DNA from: a virus
Lineage: Duplodnaviria; Caudoviricetes
DNA: 64,000 nucleotides
Virus record (IMG/VR): IMGVR_UViG_3300028048_000038
Span: 128,001 to 192,000 of that record
Reading direction: 5' to 3' (one strand)
Shown here: piece by piece, positions 26,950 to 35,247 of the stretch
Layout: each line of letters begins with the position of its first letter
Position numbering within the stretch: the stretch's first letter is position 1
The notes under the pieces: model-generated
The model's input: only the letters and a program-made list of their open reading frames with translations
Databases searched by the model: none
What the model was told of the DNA's origin: nothing
Program-made: the position numbers and the translations under genes

Positions 26950-27752
26950 AGATAAAATTTATCTATTTTTTCATTATATCTATAAAACTTACAACCAAGT
27001 TCAGATATTATTTCTTTTTGCCTTTTGATGTCTCTTTCACACAATATATTATTATAAACATCACTATAATGTTTTGGTTCATCATATTCAAAGGCAATAT
27101 TTAATTCTTCATCATATCCATCAAGAAAATATCCACATACTTGTTTTTCTCCCCCATTTTTAGCGTGTACAAGATGCCATCCATTTTTTTCATTCAAAAA
27201 ATCAATATACCTACAACCATTTTCCGAAAAATGTTCACCAAAATTACCATTTCCAACACTTTTGATGTAATCTATCATTTTCTCCCTCAAAACCCTTTTT
27301 GTAGCATCGGTATGTGGTTTTCCAATAATAGTAAATTTTCCTTCTTCAAAAGATTTTCTACGACTAACGGATTGTTTAAGGATTCTTTCATCTTGAATCA
27401 TTGTTAAGCCTTTGTTCCAAGCATTATGCCCTTTGTTTTTTCCACCATTACCATTACGATTTGGACACTTTTCCCTATTTGGGTTTAATTCACACGCTTT
27501 CTCGTGAATTGCCAAACATCCAGCATTAGATACAACCTTACCACAATATTGACAAACATAATCAATATTACTGCTATGGTGTTTTACATTTTTCCTTGCT
27601 TCATTTAGGTTTTTTAAATGTTCTTCTAGTTTAGGGTTTTGTGGACAGTATGTTACGTGTCCAGCTAATTTACGTTTATCATTAAAACCCTTTCTACAAT
27701 ATTTACAATAATACGTTTTCTCTAGTGTCTTTTCTTTCTCAGCCATATTCAT
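26928..27752 (-). CDS. putative homing endonuclease (Zn fingers, NUMOD3-like motif, PD-(D/E)XK-type domain)
   Basis: C2HC fingers, AWNKGLT, GKPHT, FLDGYD...AFEYDE..HY. Confidence 0.75.
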   Translation of the reverse strand: MNMAEKEKTLEKTYYCKYCRKGFNDKRKLAGHVTYCPQNPKLEEHLKNLNEARKNVKHHSSNIDYVCQYCGKVVSNAGCLAIHEKACELNPNREKCPNRNGNGGKNKGHNAWNKGLTMIQDERILKQSVSRRKSFEEGKFTIIGKPHTDATKRVLREKMIDYIKSVGNGNFGEHFSENGCRYIDFLNEKNGWHLVHAKNGGEKQVCGYFLDGYDEELNIAFEYDEPKHYSDVYNNILCERDIKRQKEIISELGCKFYRYNEKIDKFYLVGGQDG

Positions 27753-27847
27753 TATACATTACATACAATAAATATCAGCTAAGTTATTTAGTTCAGCTAG
27801 ACAGAGTAACTTTTTTTAATCCAACTGAGCTACCCCACCATTAAGTT

Positions 27848-28132
27848 TTATTTTGGTTCAAAGAACCCATCTGTTTTGCATATAATTGTATTATGATTAC
27901 TCAAGATGCCGAAATTATTTTCATGAAGGCATGTTGCTGTTCCATCAAAGAATTTACAGTTCTTGCAATAAACATTATGATACTTCACATATGGTTCTTC
28001 CTCCACATAGTTACCCTCAAGGAAAGGTTCTGTGTCTGGAACTATCGGTGCATGTCTAATCTCGTAGGAAAATAGTAATGATACTATAAATCCAATAAAA
28101 ATAAGAGCACCAAGTATAATACATAAAATCAT
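27848..28132 (-). CDS. small membrane-anchored protein
   Basis: N-terminal TM, CxxC. Confidence 0.5.
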   Translation of the reverse strand: MILCIILGALIFIGFIVSLLFSYEIRHAPIVPDTEPFLEGNYVEEEPYVKYHNVYCKNCKFFDGTATCLHENNFGILSNHNTIICKTDGFFEPK

Positions 28133-28391
28133 GCTTCTCTTCTCATTTTAATTTCTTTAGCAACTGCTTCAATATCGTCATTGAAAGACTTTCTCTTCTC
28201 TTCCTTTGACATTGTATTACCATTTCTCTTATTGAGGTAGTTATTGACAACTACAACAACAAGCGTCATGATAAAAGCAACGAACAATATAAATAATATT
28301 CTTCCCATAACATTTTCAATTACTGTGCAAATATACGAAAAATATTTGGAATAACCAAATTTATTAATATCTTTTAACATAAAAATAAATA

Positions 28392-28705
28392 GAGAGGTGT
28401 GCTATTACGCCAAAGACAGTATGTGTACCTCATACCTCACGATTTACGTTTACATTCGACCAAGAATCCAGCAGCGGCTTTAAAGGTTCTCCAACTTGAC
28501 TTCACGAGCCTCATTCGGTCTTATATTTCAGATTCTCAGACTTTGACCTCTCGTCTCTCGCCAATTAGGGACTTGCAACTCCCAACTTATTTGGATACAC
28601 CTAGGGTTTTTATACGAGGTGTAAACCCTTTAACATGATACCTCACCACTTACTGAGTACTGTCACTCCTTAGACGATGGCCGCTTCCAAGCCAACATTC
28701 CTCTC
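28392..28705 (-). ncRNA. RNA mimicking the 23S rRNA L11-binding (GTPase-associated) domain with a large insert
   Basis: 5' GGAATGTTGGCTTGGAAGCGGCCATCGTCTAAGGAG and 3' GCGTAATAGCACA closed by GAGAGG/CCTCTC. Confidence 0.75.
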
Positions 28706-28808
28706 CATTCATTAAAAAGGCTGTTTATCAAATTCCATTTAACTACAGCGTTCTACGAACTCGCCACTATCAAATTGGCTTCCACAGTCTGTCGTAGCAC
28801 CTTTTTTG

Positions 28809-28892
28809 TGCGCCTAATCAGACTTGCACTGATACGTGTATTTCAACATATGTTCCTAAGACATACGGGTCTACTTATTCCCCCATAGGCGC
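28809..28892 (-). tRNA. tRNA-Leu (UAG)
   Basis: TATGT CTTAGGA ACATA, long V arm, A73. Confidence 0.85.
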
Positions 28893-28897
28893 AAATT

Positions 28898-29036
28898 CGG
28901 AAACATTTTATTCTCCAATAGCCGTGTTTACCAATTCCACCAACGCCCTCGTTAAGATAGACGTGTGGGAGTCGAACCCACAAACCGTTACGGTAGCAAT
29001 TTACAATAATAACTCTTTATTTGCTGGATGTTTCCT
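28898..29036 (-). ncRNA. circularly permuted tRNA-Tyr(GUA)-like RNA clamped by the stem motif (CCAGCAA variant)
   Basis: GGAAAC-AT-CCAGCAA, loop TTGTAAA, V arm ACCG TAA CGGT, T arm, ACGTCT, linker, GGGCGT, D arm, GTTTCC. Confidence 0.75.
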
Positions 29037-29040
29037 TGCG

Positions 29041-29114
29041 TGGGCCTTGATGGGTTTGAACCAACGACCTTCAGATTATGAGTCTGCTGCTCTAACCAAC
29101 TGAGCTAAAGGCCC
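29041..29114 (-). tRNA. tRNA-CAU (Ile2-type or Met)
   Basis: GGGCCTT acceptor, loop CTCATAA. Confidence 0.85.
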
Positions 29115-29314
29115 CTTACATTATTCCAATATGGATAGTTCTTCTTTTCAGATTGTGGTGTGTCGTATAGTTCATACCTTGCTCCGCAATAAGGGCAAGA
29201 TGCATTTGTTACCATTGCATCATCCTCCTCTGCCAAAATTTCTCCGTTGATTTCACTGAGCATGAAATTACCTCCAATGATAATCTCATGTCCGCAACGC
29301 ATACATTTTTCCAT
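29105..29314 (-). CDS. small zinc-ribbon protein
   Basis: CMRC and CPYC; stop lies inside the tRNA 5' end. Confidence 0.55.
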   Translation of the reverse strand: MEKCMRCGHEIIIGGNFMLSEINGEILAEEDDAMVTNASCPYCGARYELYDTPQSEKKNYPYWNNVRGL

Positions 29315-29340
29315 ATTGTTAGATTTTAGTTTAATTAGTG

Positions 29341-29570
29341 AAAGAATTACTTTGATGTCCCTTTCAAGGCAAAGGAGTCCCGTATGTCCTACCGAAATCT
29401 GAGTTCATAACCTCGCCATACTGCCAACACCTATTCTCTTAGGGTGGACTTTTACCCCATTATAGGTGGCAGACCATTGAGTTTACAATGTCAATTCACA
29501 ATAGTTACCTATTGCTTCTGCCCACTCTTTAGAAGATGGCTTTCTACGCCAACTTTTCATGTAATTCTTT
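29341..29570 (-). ncRNA. divergent second L11-domain-like RNA
   Basis: Closed by AAAGAATTAC/GTAATTCTTT; GTTGGCGTAGAAAGCCATCTTCTAAAGAGTG at 5' end. Confidence 0.6.
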
Positions 29571-29582
29571 ATTATTTAGTTT

Positions 29583-29906
29583 TTATGCGTTCTTTTTAGG
29601 CACAAACTTAAGTTTATCAACGATACTCTGTATGAAAGGAATATCATAGATACCATTACTACTGAGTCCTACAACTCCGCACAAGCATACAACTGCAAGC
29701 CATGTTGGTGTTCCAAGAGGAATCAAACCAAGTAGCCAACCACCTACGGTTAGAACTGAACCGCAAATCCATGCAACGAGCTGTGGCCAAATACCACTAG
29801 TAATGTTAAACTTATTGTTAATCGCACCAGCAAGTGCAACTGTTAATGTGCTAAGAATTGGTGCATAATACCAAAACTCAACTGTAAACAATGTAGATAC
29901 ATCCAT
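29583..29906 (-). CDS. holin-like membrane protein
   Basis: Three TM segments, GLSSNGIYD, basic C-terminus. Confidence 0.55.
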   Translation of the reverse strand: MDVSTLFTVEFWYYAPILSTLTVALAGAINNKFNITSGIWPQLVAWICGSVLTVGGWLLGLIPLGTPTWLAVVCLCGVVGLSSNGIYDIPFIQSIVDKLKFVPKKNA

Positions 29907-29945
29907 AATTTTGAATTTTTTTAATTTATTAGGTTTAAATAATTG

Positions 29946-30020
29946 AGCGATTAAATAGTTTCGAGCTATTGACCTTTAGTTTGGAATAAACTAACGCTCT
30001 ACCGTCTGAGCTATAACCGC
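29946..30020 (-). tRNA. tRNA-Gly (UCC)-like with extended anticodon arm
   Basis: GCG acceptor start, U73, TTAGT TTATTCCAA ACTAA. Confidence 0.6.
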
Positions 30021-30054
30021 ATGGCGCAACTCCTCAATTTAACAACTGTTTGTG

Positions 30055-30126
30055 AGACGATGACCAGAATCGAACTGGCGTCCTCTGCATGGCAAGCAGA
30101 CGCACTAGCCACTGTGCTACACCGTC
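30055..30126 (-). tRNA. tRNA-Gly (GCC)
   Basis: TCTGC TTGCCAT GCAGA, U73. Confidence 0.88.
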
Positions 30127-30128
30127 AT

Positions 30129-30815
30129 TTAATATCTCATTCTATTATCCTTTCTTGTGGCATTTGGATTTCTTCTACCAAAATTCTCGGTCATTGCATG
30201 GCAAGTAGGACATAGCAATTGAAGATTTTCTTCTTTATTGTTAGTACAATCTCCATCTTTATGATGTATTTGTAAAACAGATAAATTAGTATATGGATTT
30301 ATATAACTTTTTCCACAACATTCACATTTGTCTCCATTTTTCTCAAAAATATAATGTCTAACATATTGCGAAATTCCATATTTACCACTCAATCCATTTT
30401 CTTCGCCATTTTTCCAACGTTCAATATATTGTTTTGCATTATATTCTGCACAACAAGTATTGTTACAAAATTTACCTCGTTTTATTTCTTTACCACAATT
30501 AATACAATAGTGTTTTTTTGCACTTCTTAACTTATTATTATATGATGCTGCACAAGAACTATTACAAAATTTCTTTTTACTATCCCCACCTATGATTGGT
30601 TTTCCACAATGTAAACAATATCTAACCCTATTATACCAAGTTGGTATATCCCAACCTTGTTCTTCACATATTTCTTTAATTATAGTTCTAGCAAGTGTGC
30701 TATCTGTGCCTAAAATTTCTCTTGCAGCATAACTAATAGAATTAGTACTTTCAATTATTTTTTTTTGTTCTTCAATGCTTTTATTTATAGTTTTCCTTAA
30801 ATCTTCTTTTTTCAT
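30129..30815 (-). CDS. HNH homing-type endonuclease
   Basis: LQIHHKDG...NN..ENL..LCPTCH plus zinc-binding repeats. Confidence 0.88.
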   Translation of the reverse strand: MKKEDLRKTINKSIEEQKKIIESTNSISYAAREILGTDSTLARTIIKEICEEQGWDIPTWYNRVRYCLHCGKPIIGGDSKKKFCNSSCAASYNNKLRSAKKHYCINCGKEIKRGKFCNNTCCAEYNAKQYIERWKNGEENGLSGKYGISQYVRHYIFEKNGDKCECCGKSYINPYTNLSVLQIHHKDGDCTNNKEENLQLLCPTCHAMTENFGRRNPNATRKDNRMRY

Positions 30816-30895
30816 AATTTATATACATTACCTATATATAAATATAATGAAATGTGCGAAAATATCAAGTCGAACTAACATTTTTTTTTATTTTG

Positions 30896-30973
30896 AGTGG
30901 GATAAGGGAATCGAACCCTCGGATGCTTGCAGAGTGGAAGTCTGCCGTGCCCCTCCAGCTACACTAATCCCAC
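30896..30973 (-). tRNA. tRNA-Gly (UCC)
   Basis: GCAGA CTTCCAC TCTGC, U73. Confidence 0.85.
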
Positions 30974-31174
30974 AATGGTGAACTAACTTAGTGATATTAA
31001 CTCAATATCTGGTTTGGTATTAGTTCGTGAGCTGTTTACCTTTCGCAGCAACCGTTTATCTAGTTATCTGAAGAAAAGGAGAATGTAGACGAATTGATAA
31101 CTGATAAACCTACGGTTTTTGTGCATGTACACCGTCAAAGCATAGTCTTATTCTCCTAACGCCACTCGGCTAAT

Positions 31175-32185
31175 TTACTCTACTGTAGTTACGATAGCGG
31201 TTCTACCAGTTGAGGCATCAACACCCTTACCAACTGCGCTATTGACCTTTACACCACGATTAGTCAAGTAATCTGCAACTGTAGCAGCTCTTTTCTCAGA
31301 AAGCTTCTGATTGAACTCCTTGCTGCCATTTGGACTTGCAGTTGCTACAACGTCAACGATTGAATCTTCACCAATCTGATTAAGGATAAATACAGCCTCC
31401 TCAGACAATGTGGACTTACCGTTTGCGAAAGGAACAACCCACTTAACAGTACCTACTGTAACTGTAACCTCTTCCTTTGCAATCTTCTCAACTACCTTTG
31501 GTTTTCTGCTCTCACACTCTGACAATGCGCCATTCAAACGGTCAATCTCACCAATCATTGCACCAACGTCATATGTCTTGAAATTATGTGTACCATTGCT
31601 TGTCTTGAAGTGATAGATGTATGAAACATTGATAGCAAGCTGTGAGCCACGTCTATCAAAGTATACATTACCGAACTTGTTCAAATTCCAATATACTGCT
31701 GGAGTAATCACAATTGAACTTGCCTTTTTCTTACCAAGATTAAATGCGAGGTCAAAACCAGTCTTTGCTGTCAAGAAATTGTTTGGTGTATCCCAATTAT
31801 GTAACCAACCAAAACCAGTTACGGTGCTAACCTCGAAAGTACGTGGTGTGCCCTTATAGCCGCCAAAGATATTAGAAAGGTTGAAAACACCATTCACGCC
31901 TACATTAGTAGCCTTAATAGCAGTCTTGAGGTCGTTGAAATGGTTGCTGTTAAGAAAAGCGATACCTTCAAGCTGTAGACCAAAACAAGGTGTGAAATCC
32001 TTCTGAAGTTTCAAACCAACGTTTGTGTTAAGCGGAAACATTGAGTTGAAATCAAGAGGAGTAGTTACTCCTGCGGTAACACCAATGCTTACATTATCCA
32101 AAGCATTGCTATTCTCAGTTGCAATCTGTGCATTTGCACTCACTACGGCACTAAACAGTGCCAACATTAAAAGAATTTTCTTCAT
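31175..32185 (-). CDS. OmpA-family outer membrane protein
   Basis: Signal peptide, beta-barrel-like N-terminal region, C-terminal FNQKLSEKRA..V..YL OmpA motif. Confidence 0.88.
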   Translation of the reverse strand: MKKILLMLALFSAVVSANAQIATENSNALDNVSIGVTAGVTTPLDFNSMFPLNTNVGLKLQKDFTPCFGLQLEGIAFLNSNHFNDLKTAIKATNVGVNGVFNLSNIFGGYKGTPRTFEVSTVTGFGWLHNWDTPNNFLTAKTGFDLAFNLGKKKASSIVITPAVYWNLNKFGNVYFDRRGSQLAINVSYIYHFKTSNGTHNFKTYDVGAMIGEIDRLNGALSECESRKPKVVEKIAKEEVTVTVGTVKWVVPFANGKSTLSEEAVFILNQIGEDSIVDVVATASPNGSKEFNQKLSEKRAATVADYLTNRGVKVNSAVGKGVDASTGRTAIVTTVE

Positions 32186-32244
32186 AACTTTTGTTTTTAA
32201 AAAAAAATTACTATTTTATTATTATAAATGTTATTCAATTAAAA

Positions 32245-32332
32245 GGGAACTATAACTTTGATAGGCTCGAACTATCTATTTTCATTTTGGTCAAATAAAA
32301 AATTATCCATTTTAAACTTGCTGTAAGTTCCC
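32245..32332 (-). ncRNA. ACAGCA-stem RNA with residual T arm
   Basis: GGGAAC-TT-ACAGCAA...GATAG TTCGAGC CTATC...GTTCCC. Confidence 0.65.
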
Positions 32333-32343
32333 AAATATTTCAT

Positions 32344-32682
32344 TTAAAAGTCATCATAATAATCATAGTTAAAAGGGAGGTCATCATAATCTACCTCCTT
32401 TCTTATACCCCATTTATATAGATAATGTGGTATTCCATCTACCTTATCCATCTTATATGTTGGAGTTCTCAATTCAAGACCCTTTCGTGTGAATGTCTTT
32501 GCTATTAGGTCAAAGGCATCAGAACAATAAGGATAAGTTGTTTCAACTTCCACGTTTAAGAATTCCATATAGCTCAAGTCATTTTTTGACTTATCAATAG
32601 CCTCTTGTATTTTCTTTATGAAAAAGAGGCAATATTTTGGAAAATTAATGTCTTCCTTTGTGATTTTCCTATATTCACCCAT
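32344..32682 (-). CDS. hypothetical protein
   Basis: 112-aa ORF ending DDLPF-like tail. Confidence 0.55.
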   Translation of the reverse strand: MGEYRKITKEDINFPKYCLFFIKKIQEAIDKSKNDLSYMEFLNVEVETTYPYCSDAFDLIAKTFTRKGLELRTPTYKMDKVDGIPHYLYKWGIRKEVDYDDLPFNYDYYDDF

Positions 32683-32714
32683 AACATTATTTTAAAAATG
32701 TTCCTCTATAATAG

Positions 32715-32787
32715 TCGGGGTGACAGGACTCGAACCTGCGACCCCAGCATCCCAAATGCCGTGCGCTACCAACTGCGCCACACCCCG
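32715..32787 (-). tRNA. tRNA-Pro (UGG)
   Basis: Canonical, loop TTTGGGA. Confidence 0.92.
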
Positions 32788-32792
32788 AATTT

Positions 32793-32913
32793 CGGAAACA
32801 TTTATCCATCTTAGCTATCACGCCAACCTTGGTAGCGTGAGTTGGACTCGAACCAACGACCCTTAAATTATCAGTTTAATGCTATACCTATTAATACTTG
32901 CTGTATGTTTCCT
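32793..32913 (-). ncRNA. circularly permuted tRNA-Ile(GAU)-like RNA, opened in the D loop, clamped by ACAGCA stem
   Basis: GGAAAC-AT-ACAGCAA, GGTATAGC-A, TTAAA CTGATAA TTTAA, T arm, TCACGCT-ACCA, linker, GGCGTGA-TA-GCTA, GTTTCC. Confidence 0.8.
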
Positions 32914-32981
32914 TTTTTTTTCATTTGCAAAGATATACAAAAAAAAATTAAATTCCAAATTTTTTTGATAACTTTTTTCAT

Positions 32982-33056
32982 TGGGTGAAAGGAGAATTTC
33001 GCAATCTCGACCTCTAGAGCCACAATCTAGCGTTCTACTTCTGAACTACAATCACC
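32982..33056 (-). tRNA. tRNA-His (GUG)
   Basis: G-1, C73, loop TTGTGGC. Confidence 0.85.
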
Positions 33057-33339
33057 ATATTTGAACAGTAGTATATACCATTACGAGCAGATACCATTAT
33101 CAGTTACAATCAATTACCTCAACATATCGTCATCATTTTTACAGTACTACTATTATATGACTATTGTTTGTCTACTTCTTATCATGTCTGTTCTTCTGTG
33201 TAGACTTCCCAGCATTGCACGAAGCGGAGACTACAATCCCCCAAGGCGTGAACCGTATCGGACTCGAACCGATGTTTCGCAGTTTGCTATGCATTATACC
33301 GCATTTGCTATCCACGTTGCATAAACGGCTCATAAAAAT

Positions 33340-33455
33340 CGGAATCCTTTAACTTTAGGTAGATATGGACTCGAACCATAATCTCTTGGTAAAATCCAAG
33401 GCTCTAACCAATTGAGCTATCCATCTGATGTTATATCCATTGCTGTAAGATTCCT
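33340..33455 (-). ncRNA. ACAGCA-stem RNA enclosing a whole unpermuted tRNA-like cloverleaf (6-nt anticodon loop)
   Basis: GGAATC-TT-ACAGCAA...AGATGGA, D arm, CTTGG ATTTTA CCAAG, T arm, TCTACCT...GATTCC. Confidence 0.7.
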
Positions 33456-33460
33456 TTTTG

Positions 33461-33541
33461 TCTAGGCGAAGGGACTCGAACCCCCATGCATTACGCCTGC
33501 ATTCCAAATGCAGTTGGAAACCTATTACCAGTTACACCTAG
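33461..33541 (-). tRNA. tRNA-Pro (UGG) with enlarged variable region
   Basis: CTGCA TTTGGAA TGCAG; C1:G72, A73. Confidence 0.75.
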
Positions 33542-33551
33542 ATTTATTTTG

Positions 33552-33632
33552 TTGTGGAGGTAGGATTTGAACCTACGAAGCCGAAGCAGAGGTTTTACAG
33601 ACCCCCCCATTTGACCACTCTGGAACTCCACA
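33552..33632 (-). tRNA. tRNA-Tyr (GUA)
   Basis: loop CTGTAAA, V arm. Confidence 0.88.
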
Positions 33633-33638
33633 GTATTG

Positions 33639-33727
33639 TCGGAAGGGAGGGATTCGAACCCCCAATGTTTACCCTGTGGGACCAGATTTACAGTCTGGCA
33701 CAACACCACCATCGTTGCTGCCTCCCG
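33639..33727 (-). tRNA. tRNA-Tyr (GUA)
   Basis: CCAGA CTGTAAA TCTGG, long V arm, C1:G72. Confidence 0.82.
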
Positions 33728-34176
33728 AAGCTTGTTGATGGAAAGTGCTTAGACTGCTCCATCAAACTTTATCCACTATAATAATAATAATCGTAATAAT
33801 ACATATCTTTATTTTATTTAAATTTATTCATAATCTTCAATATCATTCTCCAAAACCCAATCAATCAATTCCTTATATTCTTTGGCGTTAATTTTGTGTT
33901 TAACTATACAATACAAATAAAATGGTGAGAACCATCTATTCATATGTTCTTCATCACACTTATCAATAAGCTTTTCAAACGCTTTATGCCATCTTTTGAA
34001 TTTAGCCGAATTGTCTGATTTATCCATATATTTTACTTTATTTTGAACTGTTTATAAAACTATTTATTCCTTCTAACTCTCCCTCAAGTTCTGCAAGCTT
34101 ATCTTTATGCCAAGTAATCTTGCTTACTAGAGTATTCTTTCTGTCGTTTAGTATCTTTAAGTCTCTGTCACTCATT

Positions 34177-34614
34177 TTACTTAAATTTCCCAAGTCTTAT
34201 ACCTTCAACAAGGTAATTGTACAATATTTCCCAATCTGTTTCAGCATCAAAGCCAAACTTATCATCGATACCCACATTGAAATAAGTCTTTTCATCGAAG
34301 CAAGACAAATCAGTGTTCTTTGTCTCATGGTTTATGTTCACCATGTCGAATGTGATGCCATTCTCCTTAAAGTGCTTGAGATAGTCAGCGATGATGTCAT
34401 CATAGGTTGATGTCCAGAGAATGAGCGATATTTGCTGCGCATGACTCATGATGTCCAAAGCCTCTTTAGCATATGGAAACCACTGATGCGTTTCTTCATC
34501 ATTGTAACATGCTTTCAATATTGTATCATGGATATCTACTAGCACGTATATCTTTTCCCAATTGCGGTCTCTCATTCGTTTGAAAGCACCATCGAAACTT
34601 TTCTCTATACTCAT
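34177..34614 (-). CDS. HAD-superfamily hydrolase-like protein
   Basis: VDIHDT motif I, LILWTS motif II, IDDK motif IV. Confidence 0.7.
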   Translation of the reverse strand: MSIEKSFDGAFKRMRDRNWEKIYVLVDIHDTILKACYNDEETHQWFPYAKEALDIMSHAQQISLILWTSTYDDIIADYLKHFKENGITFDMVNINHETKNTDLSCFDEKTYFNVGIDDKFGFDAETDWEILYNYLVEGIRLGKFK

Positions 34615-34814
34615 ATTCTATATATTGTCAAAAACAAGGAGAGTAGTATCTAATCAAGCAAACAAGCCAAAGTACCCTCTATGGTTGTTATGACATTCTC
34701 ATATGCCTTGGGTAATCTGCATCAAATGACATATCTCGAAAGACTTGCTCTCCGACAAGGCTTACAATAGTTTTAGTGACGCTTGGCGACTCTAAGGGAC
34801 TAATAAGCTCCATG

Positions 34815-35072
34815 TTACACGTGAGGGATTCGAACCCATCGAAGGAAGTAATTGTACCAAATGCATTTGCAACTACATCAATACCTTCCGAACCGTATCT
34901 AATAAGGGCGATACTAATCGTTTAAGAACCATTACGTTTATGGTAGAAGTTTTTTATTCTTCTTTCTACTCCCCTTATTTCATTGACCTGCGTTCCCATT
35001 TATCCCAGTTATGAGAGAATATGCTCTAGAAAAATATTCCCATTTCACAACCATTCCTTTGGTAACGTGTAA
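34815..35072 (-). ncRNA. giant tRNA-like RNA with ~170-nt insertion in the variable region
   Basis: TTACACGT/ACGTGTAA ends, D-like arm, GAATAT-TTTTCTAGAGC-ATATTC, terminal T arm GGG TTCGAAT CCC. Confidence 0.5.
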
Positions 35073-35075
35073 TTG

Positions 35076-35149
35076 TTGGACTTGAGGGACTCAAACCCCC
35101 ATTCTTCAGAGCCAGAATCTGACGTGTTAATCAATTCCACTAAAGTCCA
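35076..35149 (-). tRNA. tRNA-Gln (CUG)
   Basis: U1:A72, TCAGA TTCTGGC TCTGA. Confidence 0.85.
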
Positions 35150-35156
35150 ATAAAAA

Positions 35157-35231
35157 GGGAACATTTTTTAACCGTACTCTTAAAACCCAAAATTAATTAC
35201 TTGTTAATAGAAATACTTGCTGTGTGTTCCC
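35157..35231 (-). ncRNA. minimal ACAGCA-stem RNA
   Basis: GGGAAC-AC-ACAGCAA...GTTCCC. Confidence 0.65.
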
Positions 35232-35247
35232 ACTTATTTGTTTTTAT

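Noticed and set aside
26928-27839. Group I intron splitting a tRNA around the endonuclease
   Set aside because: The downstream tRNA is already complete and no group I core elements were recognisable
28392-28705. A true 23S rRNA gene or fragment
   Set aside because: Only the short H43-H44 motif matches, split by unrelated sequence, with no flanking rRNA
29440-29460. RNase P RNA (GGACTTT-like motif)
   Set aside because: No GAGGAAAGUCC or matching 3' P4 strand; the region fits the L11-domain-like paralog better
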